Shown: piece by piece, positions 26,067 through 35,385 of the stretch
Numbering within the stretch: the stretch's first letter is position 1
How the letters are laid out: the number at the start of each line of letters is the position of its first letter
Notes under the pieces: model-generated
What the model saw: only the letters and a program-made list of their open reading frames with translations
The model's database searches: none
Told to the model about the DNA's origin: nothing
Translations under genes and position numbers: made by a program
Assembly: GCA_038851565.1 (NCBI GenBank)
Contig: JAWCKV010000001.1
Span: 1-50,075 of the forward strand
Source of the DNA: Candidatus Hadarchaeales archaeon
GTDB taxonomy: Archaea > Hadarchaeota > Hadarchaeia > Hadarchaeales > Hadarchaeaceae
Direction of reading: 5' to 3'
DNA length: 50,075 nt

Positions 26067-26729
26067 TCACCTTGTCAGTCTATACCTCCCGGCGGCTGGC
26101 TCATAAATGCTTCCCAGCATCAGAAGGGCCCTCAATGCCTCCTCAACCTGATTCACAGAAAGGCCCACCTCCTTCCCGATCTCCGCGGCGGTGGCGCCAG
26201 CCGGGGAATCAAGCCTATCCAGCGCAAGCATGACCTTATTTTTCAACTCCTCCGGCACCTGAGGGAGGAGATCCTCTGTTTCCTCCTCCCGGGAGGGAAG
26301 GGCGGTTCCAACCGCCTCTGAAGCCCTGAGCGCTATGGCCTGCTTCATGTTCTCGAGCTCCCTCAACAGCTCAAGGTTAGGGTCACGTACCTCGATTATG
26401 AGGTCCGGAACAACGTACAACTCTCCTTCGAACTCCCTGATCCTCCCAACCACATCCACGACATCACCAACCTCGAATTTTTCCAGCTCCTGAACGCCAT
26501 CGCGCCAGGCCCTGACAGTGATCGTCTCCGTTCCGTCGTCGAGCCTCAGCATCGCATAACCGTGATCATCCCTCAAAAATTTCTCGATGACCGTTCCCAT
26601 TATCCTCGCCCTGGTCACTTTAACTCCGGGGGGGACGAGCAGGTGGCTGGGCTCCGAAATGTCCGCCGACCGCACGTACCTGCCCCTCAACAGGTCAGAT
26701 ATCCTAAACTTATAAGCAACGGGCTTCAT
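26067..26729 (-). CDS. OB-fold protein with C-terminal winged helix (RPA32/Stn1-like architecture)
   Basis: 220 aa. The OB segment is VTRARIMGTVIEKFLRDDHGYAMLRLDDGTETITVRAW...VGDVVDVVGRIREFEGELYVV. An acidic linker follows, then a wH-like tail (GATAAEIGKEVGLSVNQVEEALRALLMLGSIYEPAAGRY). Confidence 0.65.
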   Translation of the reverse strand: MKPVAYKFRISDLLRGRYVRSADISEPSHLLVPPGVKVTRARIMGTVIEKFLRDDHGYAMLRLDDGTETITVRAWRDGVQELEKFEVGDVVDVVGRIREFEGELYVVPDLIIEVRDPNLELLRELENMKQAIALRASEAVGTALPSREEETEDLLPQVPEELKNKVMLALDRLDSPAGATAAEIGKEVGLSVNQVEEALRALLMLGSIYEPAAGRYRLTR

Positions 26730-26759
26730 CTTCTCTCATGAAGTTGGGTGTAGTAGCTT

Positions 26760-27323
26760 ATGAGCGTTGCTAGGAGAAGAGATCTCCACGTGATCTCCGG
26801 GCCATTCGGAAGGAAGGCCGTGCTGGCGTTCGGGGCCATAAAAAGAGGTGGGAATAGGGACCTCCTATCAGCGATATCAGAAATTGATCGAAGGTTTGGT
26901 ACGGCCACGCAGGTCTTCGACACCTCTGTCATAGCCGGCAGGGCACATCTGCTCAGCGGGGCCTTCTCTGCCCTGCTCGCCCATGCGGAGGGGCGGGGCT
27001 TTGCCCAGTCGCTGCAGCTGGAACTCATCTGTCATGTGGCTTCCGACGGACAGATAGCCAGGGCCATAAAAAAGGTTGGGGTGAGGCCTCGCGTGAATAG
27101 GTTTGCATTTCTGATCATAGGGGACTCCGGGGGGGATGTGAAGGCAGCCATGAGAGAGATCCTCTCAAACCTTCGGATGGAAAGAGATGACAGCGTTATT
27201 GAGCTGAATGCCAGGAAGATCCCAAAGATCATAAAAACATTTTCGCTGAGCAGTCGCGAACTGGAGTGCTGCTCGATAGAGGACCTCGTCCTTGAGAGGA
27301 TTTCGCTGATGAGCCTACCCTGA
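26760..27323 (+). CDS. cgi121: KEOPS complex subunit Cgi121
   Basis: 187 aa with TQVFDTSVIAGRAHLLSGAFSALLAHAEGRGFAQSLQLELICHVASDGQIARAIKKVG, which matches the Cgi121 core pattern (Q-F....V....Hl..A...A......n.a.sl..E.l...sg..QI..Ai...G). Confidence 0.75.
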   Translation: MSVARRRDLHVISGPFGRKAVLAFGAIKRGGNRDLLSAISEIDRRFGTATQVFDTSVIAGRAHLLSGAFSALLAHAEGRGFAQSLQLELICHVASDGQIARAIKKVGVRPRVNRFAFLIIGDSGGDVKAAMREILSNLRMERDDSVIELNARKIPKIIKTFSLSSRELECCSIEDLVLERISLMSLP

Positions 27324-27611
27324 TGAGGCAATCATCTCCTCGAACTTTTCGTCCCTGGCTACCTCCACCACCCTCGCACATGCGGGCATGATCGGCTTGT
27401 CGGAGCTCTTCATCTCACCCTCATCCCCCATCGAGACGTATTTTCCCGCAATGGAAGTGTTCGTCTGAACGGCTATGCAGAGTATCTCAGACTCCACGCC
27501 AGCGTAGATGTAATAATAATGCCTGTCACCGCGTTGGAGGTGGAAAATCCACCCGTGGGCGCTTGCCACTGTCACCACATCCTCTATGCTCCTGCACCAA
27601 ACGACCCTCAT
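27315..27611 (-). CDS. Hypothetical 98-aa protein, last gene of the MgtE-like/PhoU-TrkA_C operon
   Basis: Track ORF MRVVWCRSIEDVVTVASAHGWIFHLQRGDRHYYYIYAGVESEILCIAVQT.... Its ATG overlaps the stop of the upstream gene (ATGA). I recognise no family. Confidence 0.55.
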   Translation of the reverse strand: MRVVWCRSIEDVVTVASAHGWIFHLQRGDRHYYYIYAGVESEILCIAVQTNTSIAGKYVSMGDEGEMKSSDKPIMPACARVVEVARDEKFEEMIASSG

Positions 27612-28786
27612 CCCGATGCCTCCGCGGCCTTTTTCACGGCATCCACTCCGCGTCTTGTCCCTCTGAGTATGAGGGAGTCTCCCGGCCTTATCCTCAGCTT
27701 CCTTGGAGGATCAAATATGTATCTATCTCCCCTCTTCACCATGAGCACGTATGCGCCCATCCTCGTCCAGAGGCTGAGCTCCTTCAGGGTCTTACCGGCG
27801 AACTCTGAGCTCTCCGCAACGCTGGCATGTCCGACAAGCTCATCGGCCTCCGAGAGGGCCTCGTCGAACACCGGGTGGAGCTCCACTCCGCGCATGACTA
27901 CCTCCGAGATGAAACCGGCTGAATCCACCATCTGCTGGATGGCCATCGCTATCTTCAGCAGCGTGTACAGCCCGGAGATGTCCTTCTCCACCCTGGCTGT
28001 CCTGAGGACGCACAGCCAGAGCCTCCTGCTCAACTTCTCAAATTTTTCATGTATCTCCTTTACCTCCCTTGCTATTTCCACCGATCTCAGGAAAATCGAC
28101 GAATAAGCCAGGTCAACTACGAGGCTGCTCAGGTCTCTCATCTCCGCAAGACACCTGCGTATGGCCGCCATGCCGCCCCTTGATTTCCAGGTTTTCCCTC
28201 TCTCCCCCGCCATCGCCCTGAGGATCTCTATGCCATCGGGAGGTCCCTTCACCACCAGGAGATCTCCTGCAAGCACGGATGTCTCCCGGTTTACGGGCAA
28301 TATCCATTCCCTCTCCCTCTTGATCGCAAGGACGAGGACGCCTATGCTTGAGGCCAGCTTAAGCTCCATAAGCTTTCTGTCCTTCAGCGTCGACAGGTCC
28401 CCCACCTTAACCATAGCGATCTTCTCGTCAGATGCCCTGAAGGCGTCCCGCACGACCTGCGGTATCCTCTCCCCCTTTCTAACCAGATCCGCTATATCGC
28501 CCGTAGCGTTGGATATGTGCTCGGCGGCGTTCGCCACATGGAGGATGGCTGTGATCATCCTTGCCTCCTGCACATTCCTTGTGAGGACGGCCGCGATCGT
28601 CCTTATCTGAAACATCAGATCGTCCATCCTGGATTCCAGATCATGCACCCTCTCCGCCAGCTCTACGCTCTGCAGGAGTATGGAGGCGTAAGAAAGATCT
28701 ACCATCAGATCAGAAAGGTTCTTCATCTCCGTGAGGATCTCCCTTATGCTCCTGGGCTGATACATCTCCTCCACTTTCTCACACAC
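27608..28786 (-). CDS. Cytoplasmic regulator with two PhoU-like helical domains and two TrkA_C (RCK_C) domains (COG3273-like)
   Basis: 392 aa, an internally duplicated protein. It contains LSDLMVDLSYASILLQSVELAERVHDLE and LSSLVVDLAYSSIFLRSVEIAREVKEIH. Each is followed by a TrkA_C-like segment (LVVKGPPDGIEIL and LILRGTRRGVDAV). Starts are GTG 28786 or ATG 28765. Confidence 0.8.
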   Translation of the reverse strand: MCEKVEEMYQPRSIREILTEMKNLSDLMVDLSYASILLQSVELAERVHDLESRMDDLMFQIRTIAAVLTRNVQEARMITAILHVANAAEHISNATGDIADLVRKGERIPQVVRDAFRASDEKIAMVKVGDLSTLKDRKLMELKLASSIGVLVLAIKREREWILPVNRETSVLAGDLLVVKGPPDGIEILRAMAGERGKTWKSRGGMAAIRRCLAEMRDLSSLVVDLAYSSIFLRSVEIAREVKEIHEKFEKLSRRLWLCVLRTARVEKDISGLYTLLKIAMAIQQMVDSAGFISEVVMRGVELHPVFDEALSEADELVGHASVAESSEFAGKTLKELSLWTRMGAYVLMVKRGDRYIFDPPRKLRIRPGDSLILRGTRRGVDAVKKAAEASG

Positions 28787-29351
28787 CTATTACGTTTACC
28801 GATATTATAAGAAGACTGACGGAAGCGGCAACATCCACGATCGAGGTGACAATCGGGATAACTATGTTGTCAGGGTCCAGTCCCCTCTTAAACGATGCGA
28901 ACGCGAGCAAGACCGTAGATAATATTATAACAGGGAGGAGCATGGCACCTGCAAGCATGAAGACCGCAGCGCTCTTCACGGAGGACAGCAAGCTCATGTT
29001 CCTAACCAGTGCAATCAAAAATATGATAAAACCGATAAATGAAAATATCGCCAGGCCAAGAAGTGCCGACGTCCTAACGTTCTCCTTCAGGGCCCTGCCC
29101 CTCAGTTCAGGTGAGATGGTGCCCAGGTGCAGGGCGGATGCCAGCCTGGCGCCCAGTATTGAGGCAAGGTTTCCCCCGATGCCATTGAGGAGAGGTATCA
29201 TCATTACGACAAGGGTGCCCTCTATGTTCTCCAGGCTCTTCTGCAACGTCAGACCTGCAGCCAGCCCTATGAGCACGCACACCAGGAGCGTGGGATAGCT
29301 CTCAAACACTATTCTCCTGAGGCTGTATACAACCATGTGCTCACCCCACAA
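28779..29351 (-). CDS. MgtE/SLC41-type divalent cation transporter, membrane domain only
   Basis: About 185-190 aa with LLNGIGGNLASILGARLASALHLG and PDNIVIPIVTSIVDV, which are the MgtE TM-domain motifs. ATG 29336 is a likely alternative to the track TTG 29351. Confidence 0.8.
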   Translation of the reverse strand: MWGEHMVVYSLRRIVFESYPTLLVCVLIGLAAGLTLQKSLENIEGTLVVMMIPLLNGIGGNLASILGARLASALHLGTISPELRGRALKENVRTSALLGLAIFSFIGFIIFLIALVRNMSLLSSVKSAAVFMLAGAMLLPVIILSTVLLAFASFKRGLDPDNIVIPIVTSIVDVAASVSLLIISVNVIGV

Positions 29352-29871
29352 GGATCACCGCAAGGTATATGCAGAGGACAGTCACGAAATCTCCGACCGT
29401 TGCCATCAGGGGAGCGGTTATGTTGTCTGGATCAACTCCCTTCAGATAGGAGTAGACTGCAACGCCTATCGTCATGAAGGCAAGGATGAAACCTGAGGCC
29501 ATGCCGGCAAGAATAGAGATGACTAGGATCCTGAGAACATCCACCTCCACCCCGGTGAGGACTCCAGTGGCCCAGGACAACACGCCTATCGTGGCTGATG
29601 CCATAAACGTGAGCAGGAGTGACGAGATGATGTTCACCCTCAGGTCCCTCGTGAGCCCGAGCCTGGGAGGTATGACGCCAAGGTGAAGCGCAGACCCCAG
29701 CCTCGATGCAAACGCCCCGTTTATGTTGCCCCTCAGATCCAGAAGGGGGAGTGTCATTATTGCCAGACCCCCCACAGCCCGCAGGGTGTCCTCCATCGTC
29801 TTGAGAAACGCTCCTGCACCCAGCTCGAGAAAAACGCACGCGGCCAGCACGATGAAACCCTGCACGAACAT
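29341..29871 (-). CDS. MgtE/SLC41-type divalent cation transporter, membrane domain only (tandem paralogue)
   Basis: LLDLRGNINGAFASRLGSALHLG and PDNITAPLMATVGDF. The start is set to ATG 29869-29871, because a TTTTTTATAG element (minus strand, about 29927-29936) would place the transcript start downstream of the track TTG 29910. Confidence 0.8.
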   Translation of the reverse strand: MFVQGFIVLAACVFLELGAGAFLKTMEDTLRAVGGLAIMTLPLLDLRGNINGAFASRLGSALHLGVIPPRLGLTRDLRVNIISSLLLTFMASATIGVLSWATGVLTGVEVDVLRILVISILAGMASGFILAFMTIGVAVYSYLKGVDPDNITAPLMATVGDFVTVLCIYLAVILVG

Positions 29872-30032
29872 ACCCCTTGTTTCCCTCGTGGAAGGCACTG
29901 CCCCACCCAATGCTCCTCTCCTCTCCTTCTATAAAAAATCGTGAAAGCATGCACAGCATCCAAACGCTGGAAATGCCTGAAGACGCTTCTATGCCCTCTG
30001 CGGTAGAGTTAAATACTCCTTTAAAACTAAAG

Positions 30033-31067
30033 ATGCGGGGGGCTGAAGGGATGGAGATAACCACGGGTAAATTCGAGGGGATCACACACATATCAAACAG
30101 GGATGGGCTTTTCATGATGGTCGCAACAGACCAGCGCGGATCTCTGAAGAAGATGATAAACCCGGAGAATCCAAAGGCCGTGACCGACGAGGAGCTGAAG
30201 AGAACCAAGATATCCCTGATAAAGTGCCTGGTTGGGAGGAGGAGCGGTGGAAAGGCAACCGGGGTGCTGGTGGACCCGGAGTACTCGTATGAGAGGAGCT
30301 TCCTGAAAATGTGTGACATACCCGCAAACGTGGGGGTGCTGATGGGCATAGAGTCCACCGGGTACGGTGGACAGGGTGAATATGCTCCCAAGGTTGGAAT
30401 ATTTGGGGGACTGACTCCAGACGAGGCTGTGAGGAGGATAAAGATGAGGGGGGCCTCCGCGGTCAAGATGCTGGTCTACCACAGGGTGGACAGCCCCACC
30501 CACGAACATCAGGAGGCCATGATCAGGGCGGTCGGGGAGGCCTGCGTCAGATATGATATCCCCTTCCTGCTCGAGCCGATGTCGCACCCGATTCAGGGGG
30601 GCCCGGACAGGAAGAAGGATCCGAAGGAATTTGCCAGGATCAAGCCCGACCTGGTCATAAGCACGGCCGCCGAGCTCACAAAGCCTGAATACCACGTGGA
30701 CATACTGAAGGCGGAGTTCCCTCTGGACCTCAAGTACGCCGAGGAGCTTGGACAGGACCCAGCGGAGGCATGCAGGGAGTTGACGGAGTCCAGCAGAATT
30801 CCTTGGGTGGTTCTGAGCGCTGGCGTGGATTTCGAAGAGTTCAGGGAAAACGTGAAGTATGCCGTGAAGAACGGGGCATCAGGATTTCTTGCGGGCAGGG
30901 CCATATGGAAGGAGGGCGTGAGCAGAAGGGATATCGAGGAGTTTTTGCTCACGACCGGGGTGAAGAGGCTCAACGAGCTCTCTGATCTTGTTGAGAGGCA
31001 TGCCACGCCCTGGTACAGGAAATACGCGGGGCGCCTTGATGAAATAGAAGTGGTGCGGGGCGAGTGA
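30033..31067 (+). CDS. Class I aldolase of the LacD (tagatose-1,6-bisphosphate aldolase) family
   Basis: It is collinear with LacD: ATDQRGSLKKM, VLVDPEYS, IESTGYG, GASAVKMLVYH, IPFLLEP, DILKAEFPLDLKY (Schiff-base Lys region), VVLSAGV and GFLAGRAIW. Starts are ATG 30033 or 30051. The track start 29877 is antisense to the neighbouring gene. Confidence 0.85.
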   Translation: MRGAEGMEITTGKFEGITHISNRDGLFMMVATDQRGSLKKMINPENPKAVTDEELKRTKISLIKCLVGRRSGGKATGVLVDPEYSYERSFLKMCDIPANVGVLMGIESTGYGGQGEYAPKVGIFGGLTPDEAVRRIKMRGASAVKMLVYHRVDSPTHEHQEAMIRAVGEACVRYDIPFLLEPMSHPIQGGPDRKKDPKEFARIKPDLVISTAAELTKPEYHVDILKAEFPLDLKYAEELGQDPAEACRELTESSRIPWVVLSAGVDFEEFRENVKYAVKNGASGFLAGRAIWKEGVSRRDIEEFLLTTGVKRLNELSDLVERHATPWYRKYAGRLDEIEVVRGE

Positions 31068-32093
31068 TTGAGGATCGGGATACTGACGGGGGGCGGTGAC
31101 GCCCCGGGATGTAACGCCGTTATAAGGGCGGCAGTTAGGAAAGGCATACTCAACTATGGGTACGAGATGTTCGGCATACGGGATGGCTGGCAGGGGCTAC
31201 TGACCGGAGAGGTATCTAAACTTACCCTCAATGATATCTCTGGAATCCTGCCAAAGGGAGGAACCATCCTAGGAACATCAAGGACCAATCCATTCAAAAA
31301 GGATGGCGGCCCAGAGAAGGTCCTCGAGAACATAAAGAGGTACGGGCTGGACTGCCTGATCGCAATAGGTGGCGATGACACCCTGAGCGTTGCACAGAGG
31401 CTCCATGAGATGGGCATCAAGGTTGTTGGGGTTCCAAAGACGATTGACAACGATCTTGCGTGCACGGACTACACATTTGGATTCGACACAGCGGTCTCGA
31501 TCGTGGCAGAGGCGCTTGACAGGCTGCACACCACTGCAGAGTCCCACCACAGGGTACTGGTGGTAGAGGTCATGGGGAGATACACGGGCTGGATAGCGCT
31601 GTTCGGGGGCCTCGCGGGGGGAGCTGACTTCATACTGATACCCGAAAAGCCTGCGTCTATTGAAGAGATATGCGATGCTATAAAAAAGAGAGAGGAAAGG
31701 GGCAAAACCTTCAGTATAATAGTGGTCGCCGAGGGTGTAAAGATAAACGGTCAAGAGGTCGCCCAGACCAAAACAAAGGATGAGTTCGGGCACGTCAGGC
31801 TGGGTGGAATTGGGTACTATCTTGCTGAGAAGATAGAGGAAAAAACTGGGTTGGAAACCAGGGCAATCGTGCTTGGACATCTGCAGAGAGGCGGCACCCC
31901 AACGGCCTACGACCGCATACTTGCCACAAGATTTGGAATTGCAGCAATCGATCTGGTGCACGAGGGCAAATTTGGGACCATGCCCGTGCTCCAAGGAGAC
32001 GACATAGTGACTGTGCCCATAAAGGACGCCATAGCTAATAGAAAGCCTGCCGACCTTAGGCTATATGACATTGCGAAGATCTTCTTTGGTTAA
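31068..32093 (+). CDS. pfk: 6-phosphofructokinase, PfkA family, with PPi-dependent-type active-site residues
   Basis: 341 aa with MRIGILTGGGDAPGCNA, IAIGGDDTL, GVPKTIDNDL, EVMGRYTGW and LGHLQRGG. TTG 31068 directly abuts the aldolase stop. Confidence 0.9.
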   Translation: MRIGILTGGGDAPGCNAVIRAAVRKGILNYGYEMFGIRDGWQGLLTGEVSKLTLNDISGILPKGGTILGTSRTNPFKKDGGPEKVLENIKRYGLDCLIAIGGDDTLSVAQRLHEMGIKVVGVPKTIDNDLACTDYTFGFDTAVSIVAEALDRLHTTAESHHRVLVVEVMGRYTGWIALFGGLAGGADFILIPEKPASIEEICDAIKKREERGKTFSIIVVAEGVKINGQEVAQTKTKDEFGHVRLGGIGYYLAEKIEEKTGLETRAIVLGHLQRGGTPTAYDRILATRFGIAAIDLVHEGKFGTMPVLQGDDIVTVPIKDAIANRKPADLRLYDIAKIFFG

Positions 32094-32098
32094 TCAGA

Positions 32099-32707
32099 CT
32101 ATTTCAACATCTCCAACAGGAGAAGCTTCAGCTCCGACATGTCCTTTACCATCCAGTCTGCATGAACGTTTACCCCGATCACCCTGCACCCTGCACTTTT
32201 TCCAGCAAGAAGATCCGACTCGGTGTCGCCCACCATAACCACATCATCGACCGAAACGCCGAGCCTTTCACATGCCTCGATCACCATGTCTGGGCTGGGC
32301 TTCTTGTTTCGAACATCGTCTCCCGTCACGACCACATCAAAGTATTCTTTGAGTCCAAACATCTCTAGCTCCTTCAGCGTGTTCTTTTTTGGGGTGTTGG
32401 TCACAAGCCCAAGTTTTACCTTTTTGCTACAGAGCTCAAGGACCTCCCTTGCGCCCGGAATGGGCTTTGCCATCCACAAATTGTCGATCTGTCTGGCATT
32501 GCAGTAGGAGAGGGCGTCCGAGCCAAGATGCTTAAAGCCCTTTTCGGAGCTGTGCCCCCAGTATTCCCTTATGAATTCATCCTTGGATATCTCCCTCTGC
32601 CCATATTTTCTATAGGTATCGTTGAAAGCCCTGACCCAGCATTCTACGGTGTCTATCAACACGCCGTCCAGATCGAAGAGAATTGCCTTTATCCCCATGT
32701 TGACCAA
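32099..32707 (-). CDS. HAD-superfamily hydrolase (phosphatase/beta-phosphoglucomutase-like subfamily IA)
   Basis: 202 aa with ILFDLDGVLIDT (motif I), GLVTNT (motif II) and VMVGDTESDLLAGKSAG (motif IV). Confidence 0.85.
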   Translation of the reverse strand: MVNMGIKAILFDLDGVLIDTVECWVRAFNDTYRKYGQREISKDEFIREYWGHSSEKGFKHLGSDALSYCNARQIDNLWMAKPIPGAREVLELCSKKVKLGLVTNTPKKNTLKELEMFGLKEYFDVVVTGDDVRNKKPSPDMVIEACERLGVSVDDVVMVGDTESDLLAGKSAGCRVIGVNVHADWMVKDMSELKLLLLEMLK

Positions 32708-32728
32708 GAAACCTCTGACGGGCCCATA

Positions 32729-33535
32729 TTAAACTTTGGTCGCATATCTGAGGGCTTTTAGAAAGCAACTCAATTTGCCCAACATGCGCTCCTCGTCCCC
32801 GCTCTCTCTTGAGATTATGTCTATCAGGGCGCTTCCAACAATCGCACCATCCGCACCTATCCTGCCTATTTTTCTGACTTGGGACGGGGAGGAAACTCCA
32901 AAGCCTACCGCCACAGGGATGTTGCCCTTAATTTTCTTTATTCTCTTCACAAGCGAGCCTATGCTATCTGATATCTGCCTTCTCGCCCCGGTAACCCCAA
33001 GCACGCTCACTAGATAAACAAATCCCGTGCTCGCCTCCACTATCCCCTTCAGCCTCGGATGGGTGCTTGTGGGAGCTGCAAGAAAGATTGTGTCCACAGA
33101 ATACCTTCTTGCGACCCTCAACAGGTGACTTCCCTCATCTATTGACAGATCGGGGACTATAATTCCATTTATCCCGCTTTTTACGCATCTCCTCAGGAAA
33201 CGTGAAGCTCCCATCCGGAGCACCGGGTTATAATATGTAAGCGCTATCAGCGGCACTGAAACCGCCGCACGAATATCCTCTGCAACATTGAAATACACCT
33301 TCGGGGTTACCCCGGCCGCAAGCGCACGCTGGGAGGCAGCTTGGATGGTGGGGCCATCAGCAATCGGATCGGAAAAACACAGGCCAAGCTCTATCATGTC
33401 TGCTCCAGCTCTCGCCAGCTCTTTCGCTATCCGGACTGTGGATTCAGGACTGGGGTCCCCCACCATGATAAACGGGATAAGCGCCACTCTCCCTTCGTTC
33501 CTCGCCTCATCGAACTTTTCTCCTATCTTCCCCAC
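32729..33535 (-). CDS. trpA: Tryptophan synthase alpha chain
   Basis: 268 aa with [45 protein letters not shown] and VGFGVS. Confidence 0.95.
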   Translation of the reverse strand: MGKIGEKFDEARNEGRVALIPFIMVGDPSPESTVRIAKELARAGADMIELGLCFSDPIADGPTIQAASQRALAAGVTPKVYFNVAEDIRAAVSVPLIALTYYNPVLRMGASRFLRRCVKSGINGIIVPDLSIDEGSHLLRVARRYSVDTIFLAAPTSTHPRLKGIVEASTGFVYLVSVLGVTGARRQISDSIGSLVKRIKKIKGNIPVAVGFGVSSPSQVRKIGRIGADGAIVGSALIDIISRESGDEERMLGKLSCFLKALRYATKV

Positions 33536-34722
33536 TTTCGAACCTCCGCTTTCTCCGCCAAGCTCGCATCTTTATCTCCGTGCCCTGAGAGGTTGACCAA
33601 CACCAGCTTATTCCTGAACATCCGCCTGTGCCTTACCAGGTACGCCAACGCGTGCGCAGATTCCATTGCCGGAATTATCCCCTCAGTGCCAGAAAGAAGG
33701 CCGAAGGCATCCAGCGCCTCCCGGTCAGGCACCGCGTCATATTTCGCCCTTCCGATGTCCTTAAGCATCGAGTGTTCCGGCCCCACCCCTGGATAGTCCA
33801 GCCCTGCCGCAACGCTGTGGGTTGGCATTATCCTCCCGTACCTGTCTTGGAGAACATACGTGTAGCAACCGTGAAGAACCCCTGGAGTCCCCGCACACAG
33901 CGAGGCTGCATGTTTTTCCGTCATCAAACCTTCTCCCCCTGCCTCAACGCCATACAGCTTTACTGGGTCGTCCAGAAAATCGTAAAATATGCCAATAGCA
34001 TTGCTTCCTCCACCAACGCATGCGACAACCGCGTCCGGCAACCTTCCTTCCTCCCTGAGCAACTGGGATCTCGCCTCAGCTCCGATAACCCTCTGAAAAT
34101 CCCTAACGATCGTCGGGTACGGATGTGGGCCCACCACAGAGCCAAGAAGATAGTGGGTGTTCTCCACATTTGTCGTCCAGTCCCTAAGAGCCTCGTTTAT
34201 GGCATCCTTCAGGGTGCACGTACCAGCGTTGACCGGAATGACCCGGGCGCCTAGAAGCCTCATCCGAAACACGTTGTGTCTCTGCCTCTCCATGTCAGTC
34301 GTTCCCATGTATATGTCGCATTTGAGTCCCAGCATCGCGGAAGCTATCGCCGTAGCAACTCCGTGCTGCCCCGCGCCGGTCTCCGCTATTATGCGGTCCT
34401 TCCCCATATATCTCGCCAGCAGCGCCTGACCTATCGCGTTGTTTATCTTATGAGCGCCTCCGAGGAGCAGGTCCTCCCTCTTCAGGTAAACCTTGGCCCC
34501 CAAGCGTGCGCTGAGCCTCCTTGCGTGATAAATGGGGGTCGGCCTGCCCGCGTAGCTCCTCAGAAGCTCCAGGTACTCATCTTGAAATTCCCTATTCTTC
34601 TTTATTCTGCCGTGCGCCCTCTCCAACTCCTCGAGGGCCGGCATCAATGTCTCGGGAACAAACCTTCCCCCATACTTCCCGAAATATCCTCTTCTGTCCG
34701 GGTATCTTCCCTTAAGACGCAT
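33523..34722 (-). CDS. trpB: Tryptophan synthase beta chain
   Basis: 399 aa with [49 protein letters not shown] and [11 protein letters not shown]. Confidence 0.95.
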   Translation of the reverse strand: MRLKGRYPDRRGYFGKYGGRFVPETLMPALEELERAHGRIKKNREFQDEYLELLRSYAGRPTPIYHARRLSARLGAKVYLKREDLLLGGAHKINNAIGQALLARYMGKDRIIAETGAGQHGVATAIASAMLGLKCDIYMGTTDMERQRHNVFRMRLLGARVIPVNAGTCTLKDAINEALRDWTTNVENTHYLLGSVVGPHPYPTIVRDFQRVIGAEARSQLLREEGRLPDAVVACVGGGSNAIGIFYDFLDDPVKLYGVEAGGEGLMTEKHAASLCAGTPGVLHGCYTYVLQDRYGRIMPTHSVAAGLDYPGVGPEHSMLKDIGRAKYDAVPDREALDAFGLLSGTEGIIPAMESAHALAYLVRHRRMFRNKLVLVNLSGHGDKDASLAEKAEVRKWGR

Positions 34723-34731
34723 TCGTCCACC

Positions 34732-35385
34732 TCAGTGTCCCCTGACGCTCCGGACGAATCTCCGCATGAGTTCCCGGTCCTTTATGCCGGGAGATACCTC
34801 GATGCCGGTCGCCACGTCCACACCGTCTGGAGAGACCACATCAATAGCCTTCCTGACGTTATCCGGATTTAGACCGCCTGCAAGCAAAACTGGTTTTCCT
34901 ATTTCCCTTCTGATACTGGAGCTCACCCTCCACTCGTGCGTCAGCCCTGTTCCTCCTCCATGAGGACTATTCGTGTCCAGCAGCACAAGATCACAGAGCT
35001 CTGAGATCCTCCTCGCCCTTACAAGCAGCTCATCTAACCTTGCCTTCTCACGAGGTATTGGAACCACGCCGATGAGCCTGAAACCTGTTCTCTCTCTCAT
35101 CTTCTCAATGAACTCCGGGGGAACATTGTGGTGAAGCTGGATGAAATCCGGCTTCAGCTCCCCTCCTATCCTCTCGACCTCCTCCATGCTCCCCAGCATT
35201 GTGACAACCACTCTCATTGTGCCGGGCTCTAGGGCGGCGAAAACCTCGGCAGCCCGGGACAGGGAAATACATCTTGGGGACCCCTTTACGAGAATAACGC
35301 CTATCATGTCAACGCCTAATCTGCTCGCAAACTCCGAGTCCACCGGCCTCGTGAACCCACACATCTTTATCAACAATCCCCTCAC
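34732..35385 (-). CDS. trpF: N-(5'-phosphoribosyl)anthranilate isomerase
   Basis: (M)RGLLIKMCGFTRPVD...DMIGVILV...IQLHH...LLAGGLNPDNV...PDGVDVATGIE. The start is set to GTG 35383-35385, which overlaps the trpC stop (GTGA). The track N-terminal extension overlaps trpC. Confidence 0.9.
   Translation of the reverse strand: MRGLLIKMCGFTRPVDSEFASRLGVDMIGVILVKGSPRCISLSRAAEVFAALEPGTMRVVVTMLGSMEEVERIGGELKPDFIQLHHNVPPEFIEKMRERTGFRLIGVVPIPREKARLDELLVRARRISELCDLVLLDTNSPHGGGTGLTHEWRVSSSIRREIGKPVLLAGGLNPDNVRKAIDVVSPDGVDVATGIEVSPGIKDRELMRRFVRSVRGH

Noticed and set aside
27318-27330. TGATGA (box C-like) at the Cgi121 3' end, and GTGATGA at 12391, as possible C/D box sRNA starts.
   Set aside because: No properly spaced box D (CTGA), C'/D' elements or terminal stem were found. 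Both sites lie inside or at the edge of coding sequence.
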